From assembly GCA_002269645.1 (NCBI GenBank), contig NIVC01003321.1, forward strand, positions 1 through 34,197: DNA of 34,197 bases, written 5' to 3'. How positions within the stretch are numbered: position 1 is the first letter of the stretch; each line of letters opens with the position of its first letter. Below, piece after piece: positions 10,764-20,372 of this stretch. A model generated the notes under the pieces. The model saw only the letters and a list, made by a program, of their open reading frames with translations, did not search any database and had not been told where the DNA came from. Source of the stretch: Macrostomum lignano (lineage: Eukaryota). A program made the translations under genes and the position numbers.

Positions 10764-11759
10764 TTAATTAATTTCCGTGTCAGCTGGTATTACTAGGAGT
10801 TCAGCTCTAGTGAATGACCGTGTGGGGGATTTAGGGTTAAAGGCTTGAGATAAAAAGTAATAGTCACCGAAGTCGGAGGTAAAATGTCTGTCTATTTTAT
10901 GTACATCAAGGCTGAAGTATGGATCTGTAGCTCTTCTTTTGGTGTCTTTCTCTAGCTCTCCATGTAGATATAAAAAGCGTAGAAACTCAGAGTTTGTCAG
11001 TATGTATGGTGATTCAACTCCTGGAAGCTTAGGGTAGTTCGAGGTGTCTGTTCTAAGAGATGACTTAAGTTCGACAGTGTCTTGTTTAATTGCATGGGAT
11101 GGTTTCAATCCAGTCATGCGTGTGACTTCATTGTTCAGTTGCTCTATAACAGTGGGGAGCCGGTCTGTCCACTTGGTATAGTATTGGCCACTTTTTAGTT
11201 TCAGCTCTTCAGCTGTCTGCTTAGTGAATAGCCTCTTGGCTAGAGTTAGATTGAATCTTTCCACAAAAGCCTGGTCTCTGTGGAGCTCAGTTCTTCCATA
11301 GCGAATTTTTGTGTCATACTTATGTAGAAGTGATATCACTGCACCCATGAATTCTTTACCCGGGTCCGTCATAAAGATTTCAGGGTAACTAAGGGGTGAG
11401 TTTTTATAAATATCTTGGAGGGCGGCTGCAACTGCTTCTGACTTCTTCGTCTTGAGTGGGCGAGCTTCCTTATATCTGGAAGCAATGTCAATAATTGTAA
11501 GAGCATACTTGTAGCCTGAGTCGTTGGGGAGAAACAAAAGATCTGCTTGGTGCGCTTCATTAGGTTTATAGATGCTAAAGTGAGGTCTTGTAAATTTTAC
11601 TGGTGGGAAATAGACTTGAAAGACAGCCTGCTTAGAGAGCCACTTTTCTACTTTAGCTTTTGGTTCCTTACTTAGTTCTGCGAGTTTGGTGACTGCATTT
11701 TTTCCTACAAAGAATCCTTTGTCGCTGTAGTAGAGTTTTTTAAGTTTCTGATCTGTCAT
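10764..11759 (-). CDS. Retroviral-like DDE integrase, intact ORF (331 aa from MTDQK)
   Basis: HQADL (D), IDIASRY, TDPGKEF (D), VERFNLTL (E); C-terminal RATDPYFS...RSFTRAELL. Confidence 0.93.
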   Translation of the reverse strand: MTDQKLKKLYYSDKGFFVGKNAVTKLAELSKEPKAKVEKWLSKQAVFQVYFPPVKFTRPHFSIYKPNEAHQADLLFLPNDSGYKYALTIIDIASRYKEARPLKTKKSEAVAAALQDIYKNSPLSYPEIFMTDPGKEFMGAVISLLHKYDTKIRYGRTELHRDQAFVERFNLTLAKRLFTKQTAEELKLKSGQYYTKWTDRLPTVIEQLNNEVTRMTGLKPSHAIKQDTVELKSSLRTDTSNYPKLPGVESPYILTNSEFLRFLYLHGELEKDTKRRATDPYFSLDVHKIDRHFTSDFGDYYFLSQAFNPKSPTRSFTRAELLVIPADTEIN

Positions 11760-11789
11760 TTTTTTAAAAAGAAAATTTAAAATAAAATA

Positions 11790-12314
11790 ATGCAACGCTC
11801 TGGTGGTAAGTTAGATTCACATGGACTGATAGAAAAGCTTCCTCATCCAAACAAAGGCTGGACACTTCCCGGCTATAAATATTGCGGGCCTTTGAATCCA
11901 CTTGAAATACAGTTAGATAAAAACAATAATCCACATCCTGGGCATGAGCCTGTGAACGAGCTAGACTCTGTCTGCATGTGGCACGATGTTAAATATAGAG
12001 ATTTTCCTGAGGAGAAGAATCGCTGGGACAAAGAAATGCTTAAGAGACTAGACAATATAGGGGCTTCAAGCGGATTTCGTGAGTCGATTGCTCGGAAGCT
12101 AGTTAAAGCTGTTATTTTTAGTAAGGCAAAGTTGGGTTTGGGGGTTCAAGGCGAAGGTGGGTGTTTGGGGAGAGAGGGCGGGTGTGCGGAAAGAGAGGGC
12201 GGAGGCTTGGAAGCAGGGTTTATTTTGTGTGCTCCTAACAAGAAATTGGGAAGACTGCTGAAAGAGCTGGGGGTAGAGAGAGCGCGCGTGGGGGGAGAGA
12301 GATTTTCACTTTAA
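11790..12314 (+). CDS. Parvovirus VP1u-type phospholipase A2 domain protein
   Basis: LPGYKYCGP Ca-binding loop; NELDSVCMWHDVKY catalytic HD motif; WDKEML; KAKLGLG. Confidence 0.88.
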   Translation: MQRSGGKLDSHGLIEKLPHPNKGWTLPGYKYCGPLNPLEIQLDKNNNPHPGHEPVNELDSVCMWHDVKYRDFPEEKNRWDKEMLKRLDNIGASSGFRESIARKLVKAVIFSKAKLGLGVQGEGGCLGREGGCAEREGGGLEAGFILCAPNKKLGRLLKELGVERARVGGERFSL

Positions 12315-12339
12315 CTGAGCCCAGCCGGGGAAGAATTCC

Positions 12340-13366
12340 GTCTCGAGTGAAGGCCAGAATGCAAAGGATTTCGGCCTCGCGCGAGGCCAAAATGAAAAGG
12401 GTTTTGGCCTTTTGGCCTTTTGGCCTTTTGGCCTTTCGGTTTTTTAACGCAATTGCCTAATGATTTCTGCAAAGTAATTAGGCTCGTGCGCTTTGTAATA
12501 AGAACCTGGAGAGACAACTGGAAACATTTTTTTATTAAGAATTTAATTTTTTTTCAAAGGGTAAGGACCCTGGGTTAGGGGGTTTAAAGTCTTTGGGATC
12601 TGGTTTCGTGTTGCGAATTGAATGTGGGGAGAAGAATGCAGATTATTTTCTGATTGTTTCTGGGTGGATGTTAGTGGATTATGTCAGTGTCAATGAGCAT
12701 AACAGGTGTTAGTGGACACCTGTTATGCACTGATTCTGTCAGGGATAATATGGATGGATTTAATACGATTATGTTCGAAGTTTTCGGAGCAAGTGCGACC
12801 CCTCCACTTTTTCATGATTCTGTCGGGGATAATATGGATGGATTTAATGGGATTATGGAGGACGTTTTGTGAGCGAGTGCGACCCCCCTTTTTTTTCTGA
12901 TTCTGTCAGGGATAATATGGATGGATTTAGGTGGATTATGGAGGACGTGAAAAATTTTGTCCCAAAAGCCCCCTCATGCCTTCTACTCTCGTGCACCCGT
13001 GCACTTTTGAGGCAAGGCGCATTGTGGCTCAGAGCTATTTTGAGTTCACCCTTATCGAAAAACATGAAAGTGCATGATCGACGATCGAGTCTGAAGTTGA
13101 AAAATCTGACTAAAATTTTGTGATAATTTAGTTTTTGCCCAGTCAACTCCAGTTTCAAATTTTGCTCCAGTGATGCCCTTGACCAGAGCGACACATTATT
13201 CAGGTTCAAAAGATATGCAGAAAATATCAGATCGGGTAATTTTCGGACTGCAATCTCTGTTTCAGCCAATCAGAATCGGGTTTGTGTGCCTGATTCGCAT
13301 CGGGGTAAAAATCGGATCAATAAATAATTCATAATGCGCTATAATTTATATCTTTTTTGACTATCT
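12340..13366. repeat. Candidate right terminal inverted repeat / subterminal non-coding region of the Polinton
   Basis: About 1 kb with no credible gene, between the last ORF and the host boundary. Contains a palindrome, short repeats and a CCAAT box. The partner TIR is outside the window, so the inner boundary is a guess. Confidence 0.5.
12731..12950. repeat. Three ~84-bp subterminal direct repeats (TGATTCTGTCAGGGATAATATGGATGGATTTA...)
   Basis: Copies start at 12731, 12815 and 12898. Confidence 0.9.
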
Positions 13367-14134
13367 AGTCTAACTTTAGTGAAACTGTGACATTGTGGTG
13401 TTATGCTAGTGTGTTTCAGTGCATGTGCACTGCGCCGGGTTGTTTGTTTGCGTTTCACGCGTGGCTAGCATGGTGGGGTCTGTGCAGTCAGGCCAACCAC
13501 CCTTCCTTTAGTCCTAGGGTAAATAAAAATGTCTTATAAAGAGCCCAGATTTATGATCTGGCTCTCTACGTTTTTCTACGCACTCAACTCAATTACAAGC
13601 CTTTAGCTTCAATTTATTACAGAAACAAAACGAGTTACGTGCTCCCCCACAGATGTACAATTCAAGCAGTTGCGGCTTATAAGAGCGCATAAGCCGGAAA
13701 CTTATAAATGGAGAATAAGAGACACAAGCCCATCAACACGAAAACAAGTCCCGATCGACAGCCTGTTTCTCGGATTCAATCTGGTGCATCTGAACTTAAA
13801 CTGTCCACTGGTTTTGGCTCCGCCGGTTGCAACAGGTAAAACGTCAACAACGCCTGATCAAATGACGGATTACCCATATAGTAGCACGATTCAGCCGTGC
13901 ATATTGAACGCTAAAAGCGTGCTTAATCTTCACTGGAAGGGGCAGCGTCTCTACCATTGATAACGAAATGCAGGCGCATAAATCTCTTGGATGTGCAGCT
14001 TGATAGATTTATTTCCAAAATGTTGATGCGAGTACACACAAGTAGTTACCGAATGCGCGGTGAAAGCCTATCTAAGAACTAAATAATACCAAACCGCACT
14101 CTGTTCGTGGCTGTTCTGTTCCATTGCTAAATCG

Positions 14135-15564
14135 TCAGGCTGGGTGGTCCAGGATGAGATCGGCGCACTGCGAGTTCTTGTTCCCGCAGAGCACGGAGAA
14201 CTCCACGTTGCTCCAGATGCTGCTGTTGCTGCTGGTGTTTCGCAGGAAGACCCGCCGGCCGTCGGGACTGACGGAGCGGACATTGCAGCCGATGGTGCGC
14301 AGCGCAGGCGCTGGCAGGTTCAGCAGGCACTGCACGTCCAGCCGAATCTCGCGGCCCTGCATCTCCTCGCCTGGCCGGCGGGTCAGGCCGCCGCCGTACA
14401 CATTCAGTGTGCCGCAGTGCTGGTAGCGCCGGCTCAGGCAGGGGAAAATCAGAGTGACCAGGCCCACAGTTGGATTCTCCAGGTAGCGAAACGAGCCTCG
14501 GATGATGAACTGGACGCTGGACCGAATGGACTGTTGACCGAAGCTGAACAGCAGCGTTTCCGCCATCTCCACTTGCGGACAGCCGACCCGGAATATTGAC
14601 GTGTCTCCTGCGAGATGAGTTGGGAGCAGGAGGCACTGCATAAAAGTCCCGCATAGGTGTGGGGAGCAGGAGGCACTGCATAAAATTCCCGCATAGGTGT
14701 GGGGAGCAGGGGGCACTGCATAAAAGTCCCGCATAGGTGTGGGGAGCAGGAGGCACTGCATAAAAGTCCCGCATAGGTGTGGGGAGCAGGAGGCATTGCA
14801 TAAAAGTCCCGCATAGATGTGGGGAGCAGTTGTGTTTTTAAGTATTACGGGACAATGAATAACTTCCAACGTGAAGTCTATCTACGCTCGTAGTATCTCA
14901 ATTATACCCCCTGTGTATGCTAGCCTGCACATAGTACACAATCAGGACTCACCTATGCTAGCCTGCACATAGTACACAATCAGGACTCACCTATGCTAGC
15001 CTGCACATAGTACACAATCAGGACTCACCTATGCTAGCCTGCACATAGTACACAATCAGGTTGGAGTTGGGCAGCCGCAGCTCCAGCTCCATGTTCTCCA
15101 CAGCCGGCGTGGTCAGCCGCAGCACCATTCGGGCTTTGAAGTGGGCAACCTGCTTCTCCGCCACGGTGAATATGGCTATGGACTCGGGCACCAGCTTGGA
15201 GCCGTCCTGGCCTCGGGCTTCGCCGTTAGTGGTCCCCATTATGTGGCTCGTCAGGCCACTGGACACCACGCTGCCGATCTCTGTGGGCGCCAGCTGCTTG
15301 CTGATGGCGTTGGTGGCCCGCATCCCGATGGCGGAAGTTTGCTTCCGGTTCCTGATTAAGCCGCAGCTCCAAGACAGAAAAGTGGCTTTGAAAAGCAATC
15401 GATGTGTATTTCTGTCTCAGCACCAATGTGAATTTCAGAGTCCACTTTGGTGTACTTAAAAGTTCAAAGTGCAAACATACGTTTGAGACTTACTCGAGCG
15501 GTGCTTGTTGTTCTGTGGTCCAAAGTGCTTTGAGCCAAGTAATCAAAGACAACTTATTATGCAT
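14135..15564 (-). CDS. AP5M1: AP-5 complex mu subunit-like gene; exons 15564-15494, 15454-15029, 14607-14135; one frameshift in exon 2
   Basis: GT-AG introns with consistent phases (39-nt intron 15455-15493; ATAG|gtgagt...cgcag|GAGAC). N-terminus WLKALW...TLKF resembles AP5M1 RAVW...TVRF. C-terminus TIGCNVRSV...SSNSSIWSN resembles AP5M1 TGCYADQHSV...SSDYYIWNS. AATAAA at ~14010. Confidence 0.55.
14622..14828. repeat. 40-bp minisatellite x~5 (intronic)
   Basis: GGGGAGCAGGAGGCACTGCATAAAAGTCCCGCATAGGTGT units, next to the exon 3 acceptor. Confidence 0.95.
14916..15060. repeat. 38-bp tandem repeat x~3.8 spanning an exon end and 5' splice site
   Basis: Units start at 14916, 14954, 14992 and 15030. 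On the - strand three full units end ...GCTAGCATAG|GTGAGT. Confidence 0.93.
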
Positions 15565-15702
15565 TGCCAAATTACTGTGGCTATTCACGTATATTTTACT
15601 GTGCGATGTAAGAAAACGCAGGTCGCAGGTCGGATTGCTTAAATTAAAGTTAGTATTGTTGTTATGGCATCCAGCCCCCATCTGCATCCAGCCTCATCAG
15701 TC

Positions 15703-15938
15703 TCAAGGACCTCCATCAGCATCCAGGCTCTCCATCAGACGGTGCGGCCTTGCTAGGTCATCCACGCAGCCGAAGTTGACTCGATGCGGCACCAGCGAGC
15801 GGCCGAGTGGCAGCCCTCCCGGCCCGGCCGCAGCTTCCGTCCGGCTCTTCTCGGCGGCGTGGGTCCTGGCGTGGCTCTTCAGGTTGCACAGCAGCGAGAA
15901 CTTCTTGGGGCAGTCGCTGCACTCGTAGCGACGCGCAC
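15703..15938 (-). CDS. PR/SET-like C2H2 zinc-finger gene, last exon
   Basis: tttcag|GTGCGC acceptor; YECSDCPKKFSLLCNLKSHARTH finger; stop at 15703. Confidence 0.85.
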
Positions 15939-16004
15939 CTGAAAGCGGCGAAGGCAGAGCTGCTGTTAGTACCAATAAATCAAAGTGTAAAGTTCAGTAG
16001 AATA

Positions 16005-16279
16005 AGACTAGTAATCCATTCCATTCAAGCATCTATATTGACTAGACTAGTAATCCATTCTATTCCAGCATCTATATTGACTAGACTAGCAATCCATTCC
16101 ATTCAAGCATCTATATTGACTAGACTAGTAATCCATTCTATTCCAGCATCTATATTGACTAGACTAGCAATCCATTCCATTCAAGCATCTATATTGACTA
16201 GACTAGTAATCCATTCTATTCCAGCATCTATATTGGCTAGACTAGCAATTCATTCTATTCCAGCATCCATATTGGCTAG
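16005..16279. repeat. 39-bp minisatellite x~7 (left of LINE)
   Basis: GACTAGACTAGTAATCCATTCTATTCCAGCATCTATATT units. Confidence 0.95.
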
Positions 16280-19200
16280 GACCAAGCGAGGGCAGCGGAG
16301 CGAGCGTCGGCGTGATGAGGGTCGGCGTGAGCGAAATCGGCGCGGTCGGCGACGTGGTGCTGCCCGTCGAGCTGCTGCCGCTCTGGCTCATACGGATCTT
16401 CTGGGTAGCGCCAGGGACCGAGAGGCTAATCTACATCGAGCCCCAGCCGTACCACAGGGCATACTTCGGGTCAGGACGCTGAACTGCCACACGCTCAAGG
16501 CACCTGTCGGAGAGGGGCTCTAGCAAAGCTAGCGCTCGACCTAAGCTGTGACGTCATTTTACTGAAGGAGGTGTCTATTAAGGCTGATCCGGGGCTTCTC
16601 TGTGAGGATCTGGGCGCCGGATGGACCTTCTACTTCACATCAGTGGACCAACGAGGCCATGGAGGAGTTGGAGCGCTGATCGGACCGAGGCTGCAGCAGA
16701 GCTGTCGCTGCGTTTCTCTGTCCCCTCGGCGGCAGAGGCAGCCTCGTCAACGTGTACGTGTACGTGTTGACATCGACGCCAACACGTACGGGCCTCCTGC
16801 CACCCAACCTGACGAGGCTCAAAACTTCTTCGAGCAGCTCTCGGTACGGGTTGGAGGCAACGGCGCAGCGTGACACAGTGATAACCCTCGGAGACCCGAA
16901 CGCGGTTTTGCGTAGGTCCGAGCGGTCACTGTTCGTCACACCGCGTGAGAACGGCAACACGGAAGCGCTGGAGGACTTCCTAGAGAGGCAGGACATGGTG
17001 TCGGCCAACACCCGCTTCCGCAAGCCGCTGGGCAGGCTCGCAACTTTTGTGGGCTGCAAGCGCAGGCGGCGGAATGCGTGAGGCCGGAACGCAACACGGA
17101 GGCAGGCACAGCTCGATCATGTGCTGGTGCGCTTCTGCGAGCGCCGCCGCGTCGTCAATTGCCGCCCAATCACGCCGCTGGCTCTGCGGTCCAATCATCG
17201 ACTCCTCGTCTGCGACCTTCGTCTTCGCGATCCGCTCTACCGTCCGCCGAAGCGGCCACCGCGGCGCTACTACCACGCGCTCAGGGACGCCAACACGCAC
17301 AGCCGCTTTGCTAGCGCTTTCATCACTGCGCTCAGCGGCAAGCATGGAGGTGTCGAGTGCTGCAGTTCGAGTCGCCGCGGAACAAGCAGTCCCGCTGATG
17401 CGACCGGCCCAGCGGGAGCAGCCGGTATGGCAAGACGACCCCGCGATTCGGCAAGCGAGGGAAGAGCTGGAGAGACTCCCTTTGAGCAGGCGACCAACCC
17501 GCGAGGCAGATTAGGCCTTGGCGGCTGTCGATCTGCAGCGCCAGCAGGCTGCTGTTGATGACGTCATTCAGGCCGTCTCTGCCGCTGGGCCCGATGCCAG
17601 ATGCCGCGTGGCCTGGTCGACTATCAATGCTCTGACGGGGCGAAAGCGGCGCATTCCGCTAAAACTGGCAGGCGACTCTGAGGACGAGCGCAGGAACGAG
17701 CTGTGTGTGTTCTTCGCCGCCATTGTCAACGCGCCGCCACTCCCGCTGCCAGACAGTCTGACGCTGCCGCCGGTGATGCCGTTGCCGGCAGAGGAGAGCT
17801 TCAGTCTAGCACCAGTCAGCACAGCCGACGTTGTGAGGCTCGCCCAACAGTCACCGGGCGGGAAAGGCTGGGTCCGGATGAGGTGCCAATCGAGGTGCTG
17901 CGCATCCACTGTGTGGCCAATGAGGTCGCCAGAGTGATGAATCGCGTGCTCTTCGGTGAGGAGGCACCCAACGAATGGACCACGGCGTACATCGTCGCAG
18001 TTCCTAAGAAGCCGGGCACCACGAGGCTTGAGGAGCATCGAGGTATCTGCCTTCAGTCCTGCGCTGCGAAGTTGTTCAACCGGATGCTGTTATCGCGGTT
18101 GCCGCCCGTGCTGGATCCGTACCTGCGTCCTGACCAGAACGGCTTCCGGCCCCATCGTGGCACAGTGACGCAGATCCTGGCTCTTCGGCAAGTCATCGAA
18201 GAAGTACGGATATGCCAGTCAATCCTGATTGTTATCTTCGTAGATTTCAAGAAGGCATTCGACTCGGTCGTCAGGTCTGTGCTCCCAAAGGTGCTTCGTG
18301 CGTACAACTTGCCAGAGCAGCTGATTTCCGCCATCATGACGATGTACCCTGATACGAAAGCTAGCTGCTGTTTCAACACCGGGACGGCCTATCGAACTTC
18401 TTTGAGACATCCTCCGGGGTGCTTCAGGGAGATACGCTTGCGCCGTTCCTGTTCGTTCTGGTGCTTGACTGGGTGCTGCGGACCGCTCTTCCTACCAACG
18501 ACGACGGCTTTCTGTTGCGGCGACGCGTGGGTCGACGTCAACCGGAGAGGCGGCTCAGCGTGTTTGGCTACGCCGACGACCTCGCCCTGCTGTCTTCAAC
18601 TGTCGAGGGCGCCCAGCGACAACTGGACAAGCTAGTTGCTGTTGTGGCGAGTATCGGCCTGGTGGTCAACACGCAGAAGACCGTCGTGCTCTGCGTGCCG
18701 GACGACATCGAAACTGCGATTTTGTGCCGAGGCGCTGATGGACATGCGACAGAGCTTCCACGTTGTCAGCAGTTCGTCTACCTCGGCGGTCTGGTTCCCG
18801 GCGTGCGCGAGGATTTGTGGCGTTGCTGTGGGCTTGCCTGGGCTGCCTTTCGTTCTGTGAGGGCAGTCCTGCAATCCGAGGCCTTACCTGACCGCCAGAG
18901 GGCGGCGTTGTTCCAGGCCGTGATCGAGACCGTCCTGTTATAAAACGCCGAGACCTGGACGCTGACGGAGTCGCTCGAGCAACAAGTTGACGCGGCGCAC
19001 GTTGGCCTGCTGCGCGCCGCCTTCAAGATTGGCTACGAGCGAGTGACCAACGCGGCTTTGTATCGCCGCGCCGGCCTGGTCCGTCCAAGCGACCTGCTAC
19101 GCCGTCGGCGACTCCAGCTGGCAGGCCACATCATCCGCGCCGAGTCGTACTGCCCAGAGCCGGTGCAGGAGGTGCTGCTGCTAACGCTGCAGGCACCCTA

Positions 19201-19353
19201 CCGGCGGGGGGAGGTCCGCACTGGGCGTTTCGTCGACTGCCTGCTGGCTGACGCCGGCGTCCCGAATTCGGCCGGCGGCGTAGGCATTCATTCGCGACCT
19301 GGCCTTGAAGCGCGCTCTGTGAAGCTAAATGCGTATTATGCTGTTGTCTGTTG
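16280..19353 (+). mobile_element. RTE-type non-LTR retrotransposon (APE+RT), degenerate, intronic, antisense to host gene
   Basis: APE motifs (RTLNCHTL, GVGALI, LGDPNA, QLDHVLV, SNHRLL). RT motifs (QNGFRPHRG, VDFKKAFDSV, QGDTLAPFLF, YADD, YLGG). Frameshifts and a stop at ~18941. Flanking TTGGCTAG direct repeat (16272-16279 / 19354-19361). Short CTGTTG-type tail. Confidence 0.9.
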
Positions 19354-19527
19354 TTGGCTAGACTAGCAATCCATTCTATTCCAGCATTCTAATTGGCTAG
19401 ACTAGCAATCCATTCTATTCCTGCATGCTAATTGGCTAGACTAGCAATCCATTCTATTCCGGCATGCTAATTGGCTAGACTAGCAATCCATTCTATTCCG
19501 GCATGCTAATTGGCTAGACTAGCAATT
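19354..19527. repeat. 39-bp minisatellite x~4.5 (continuation right of LINE)
   Basis: GGCTAGACTAGCAATCCATTCTATTCCGGCATGCTAATT; same family as 16005-16279. Confidence 0.95.
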
Positions 19528-19554
19528 CATCCCACCCCACCAGCATTCGCGCAC

Positions 19555-19890
19555 CCTTGTGCAGCAGTTCATGATTGCGCAGGTTGGTCTGCTTGCTGAA
19601 GCCGCGATCGCAATGGGCGCATTTGAAAGGCCACCGGCCGCTGTGCACGTAGGCGTGGCTGCGCAGGTCGCCTGGCGTGGGGAAGCCCTTGCCGCACTGG
19701 GCGCAGCGGTGCGGCTTCTCCCTGCTGTGCGTCATGCGGTGATAGTACAGGTTGGAGCTGGCCGTGAACCGCTTGCCGCAGGCGCTGCACTCGTGCGGCC
19801 GCTCGCCAGAGTGAATCCGCCGGTGCGTGTTCAGCGAGGAGGAGGTGCTGAACGCCTTACCGCAGGTGTCGCAGGCGAACGGTTTCTCAC
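19555..19890 (-). CDS. PR/SET-like C2H2 zinc-finger gene, exon with four fingers
   Basis: GEKPFACDTCGKAFSTSSSLNTHRRIHSGERPHECSACGKRFTASSNLYYHRMTHSREKPH...HELLHKG; phase-1 GT-AG junctions on both sides. Confidence 0.92.
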
Positions 19891-19951
19891 CTGCGGTTTT
19901 GAGGCGCTGACAGGGTTTTAGTGAAGTTTAGATTATACTGAAATCAGGTGC

Positions 19952-20372
19952 TCTCACTAGAGTCAGGATAGTCTCACTAGAGTCAGCATAGTCTCACTAG
20001 AGTCAGGATAGTCTCACTAGAGTCAGGATAGTCTCACTAGAGTCAGGATAGTCTCACTAGAGTCAGGATAGTCTCACTAGAGTCAGGATAGTCTCACTAG
20101 AGTCAGGATAGTCTCACTAGAGTCAGGATAGTCTCACTAGAGTCAGGATAGTCTCACTAGAGTCAGGATAGTCTCACTAGAGTCAGCATAGTCTCACTAG
20201 AGTCAGGATAGTCTCACTAGAGTCAGGATAGTCTCACTAGAGTCAGGATAGTCTCACTAGAGTCAGGATAGTCTCACTAGAGTCAGGATAGTCTCACTAG
20301 AGTCAGGATAGTCTCACTAGAGTCAGGATAGTCTCACTAGAGTCGGGATAGTCTCACTAGAGTCGGGATAGT
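19952..20372. repeat. 20-bp minisatellite x~21
   Basis: TAGTCTCACTAGAGTCAGGA near-perfect array. Confidence 0.98.

Larger units (their letters stand above)
1..13366. mobile_element. Polinton/Maverick (adintovirus-like endogenous virus), right part; left end lies outside the window
   Basis: Co-located pPolB, DDE integrase, cysteine protease, packaging ATPase, and major and minor capsid genes. AT-rich compact genes change abruptly to host-like DNA near 13.37 kb. Candidate ...CT-3' terminus at 13366 (alternative 13375). Confidence 0.95.

Noticed and set aside
12681-13269. ORFs within the terminal region of the Polinton
   Set aside because: They overlap the non-coding subterminal repeats and have no recognisable domain.
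13670-13960. 96-aa + strand ORF next to the Polinton end
   Set aside because: No motif, and it lies just beyond the 3' end of the AP5M1-like gene.
16290-16430. HDV-like ribozyme in the RTE 5'UTR (GGCAGCG/TGCTGCC pairing, GGCTAA)
   Set aside because: The L3 and P1.1 GG requirements are not met by eye.
19952-20372. Regular repeat arrays (also 21294-21678, 33461-33986) as CRISPR
   Set aside because: Head-to-tail units with no unique spacers, no cas genes, and a eukaryotic intronic context.
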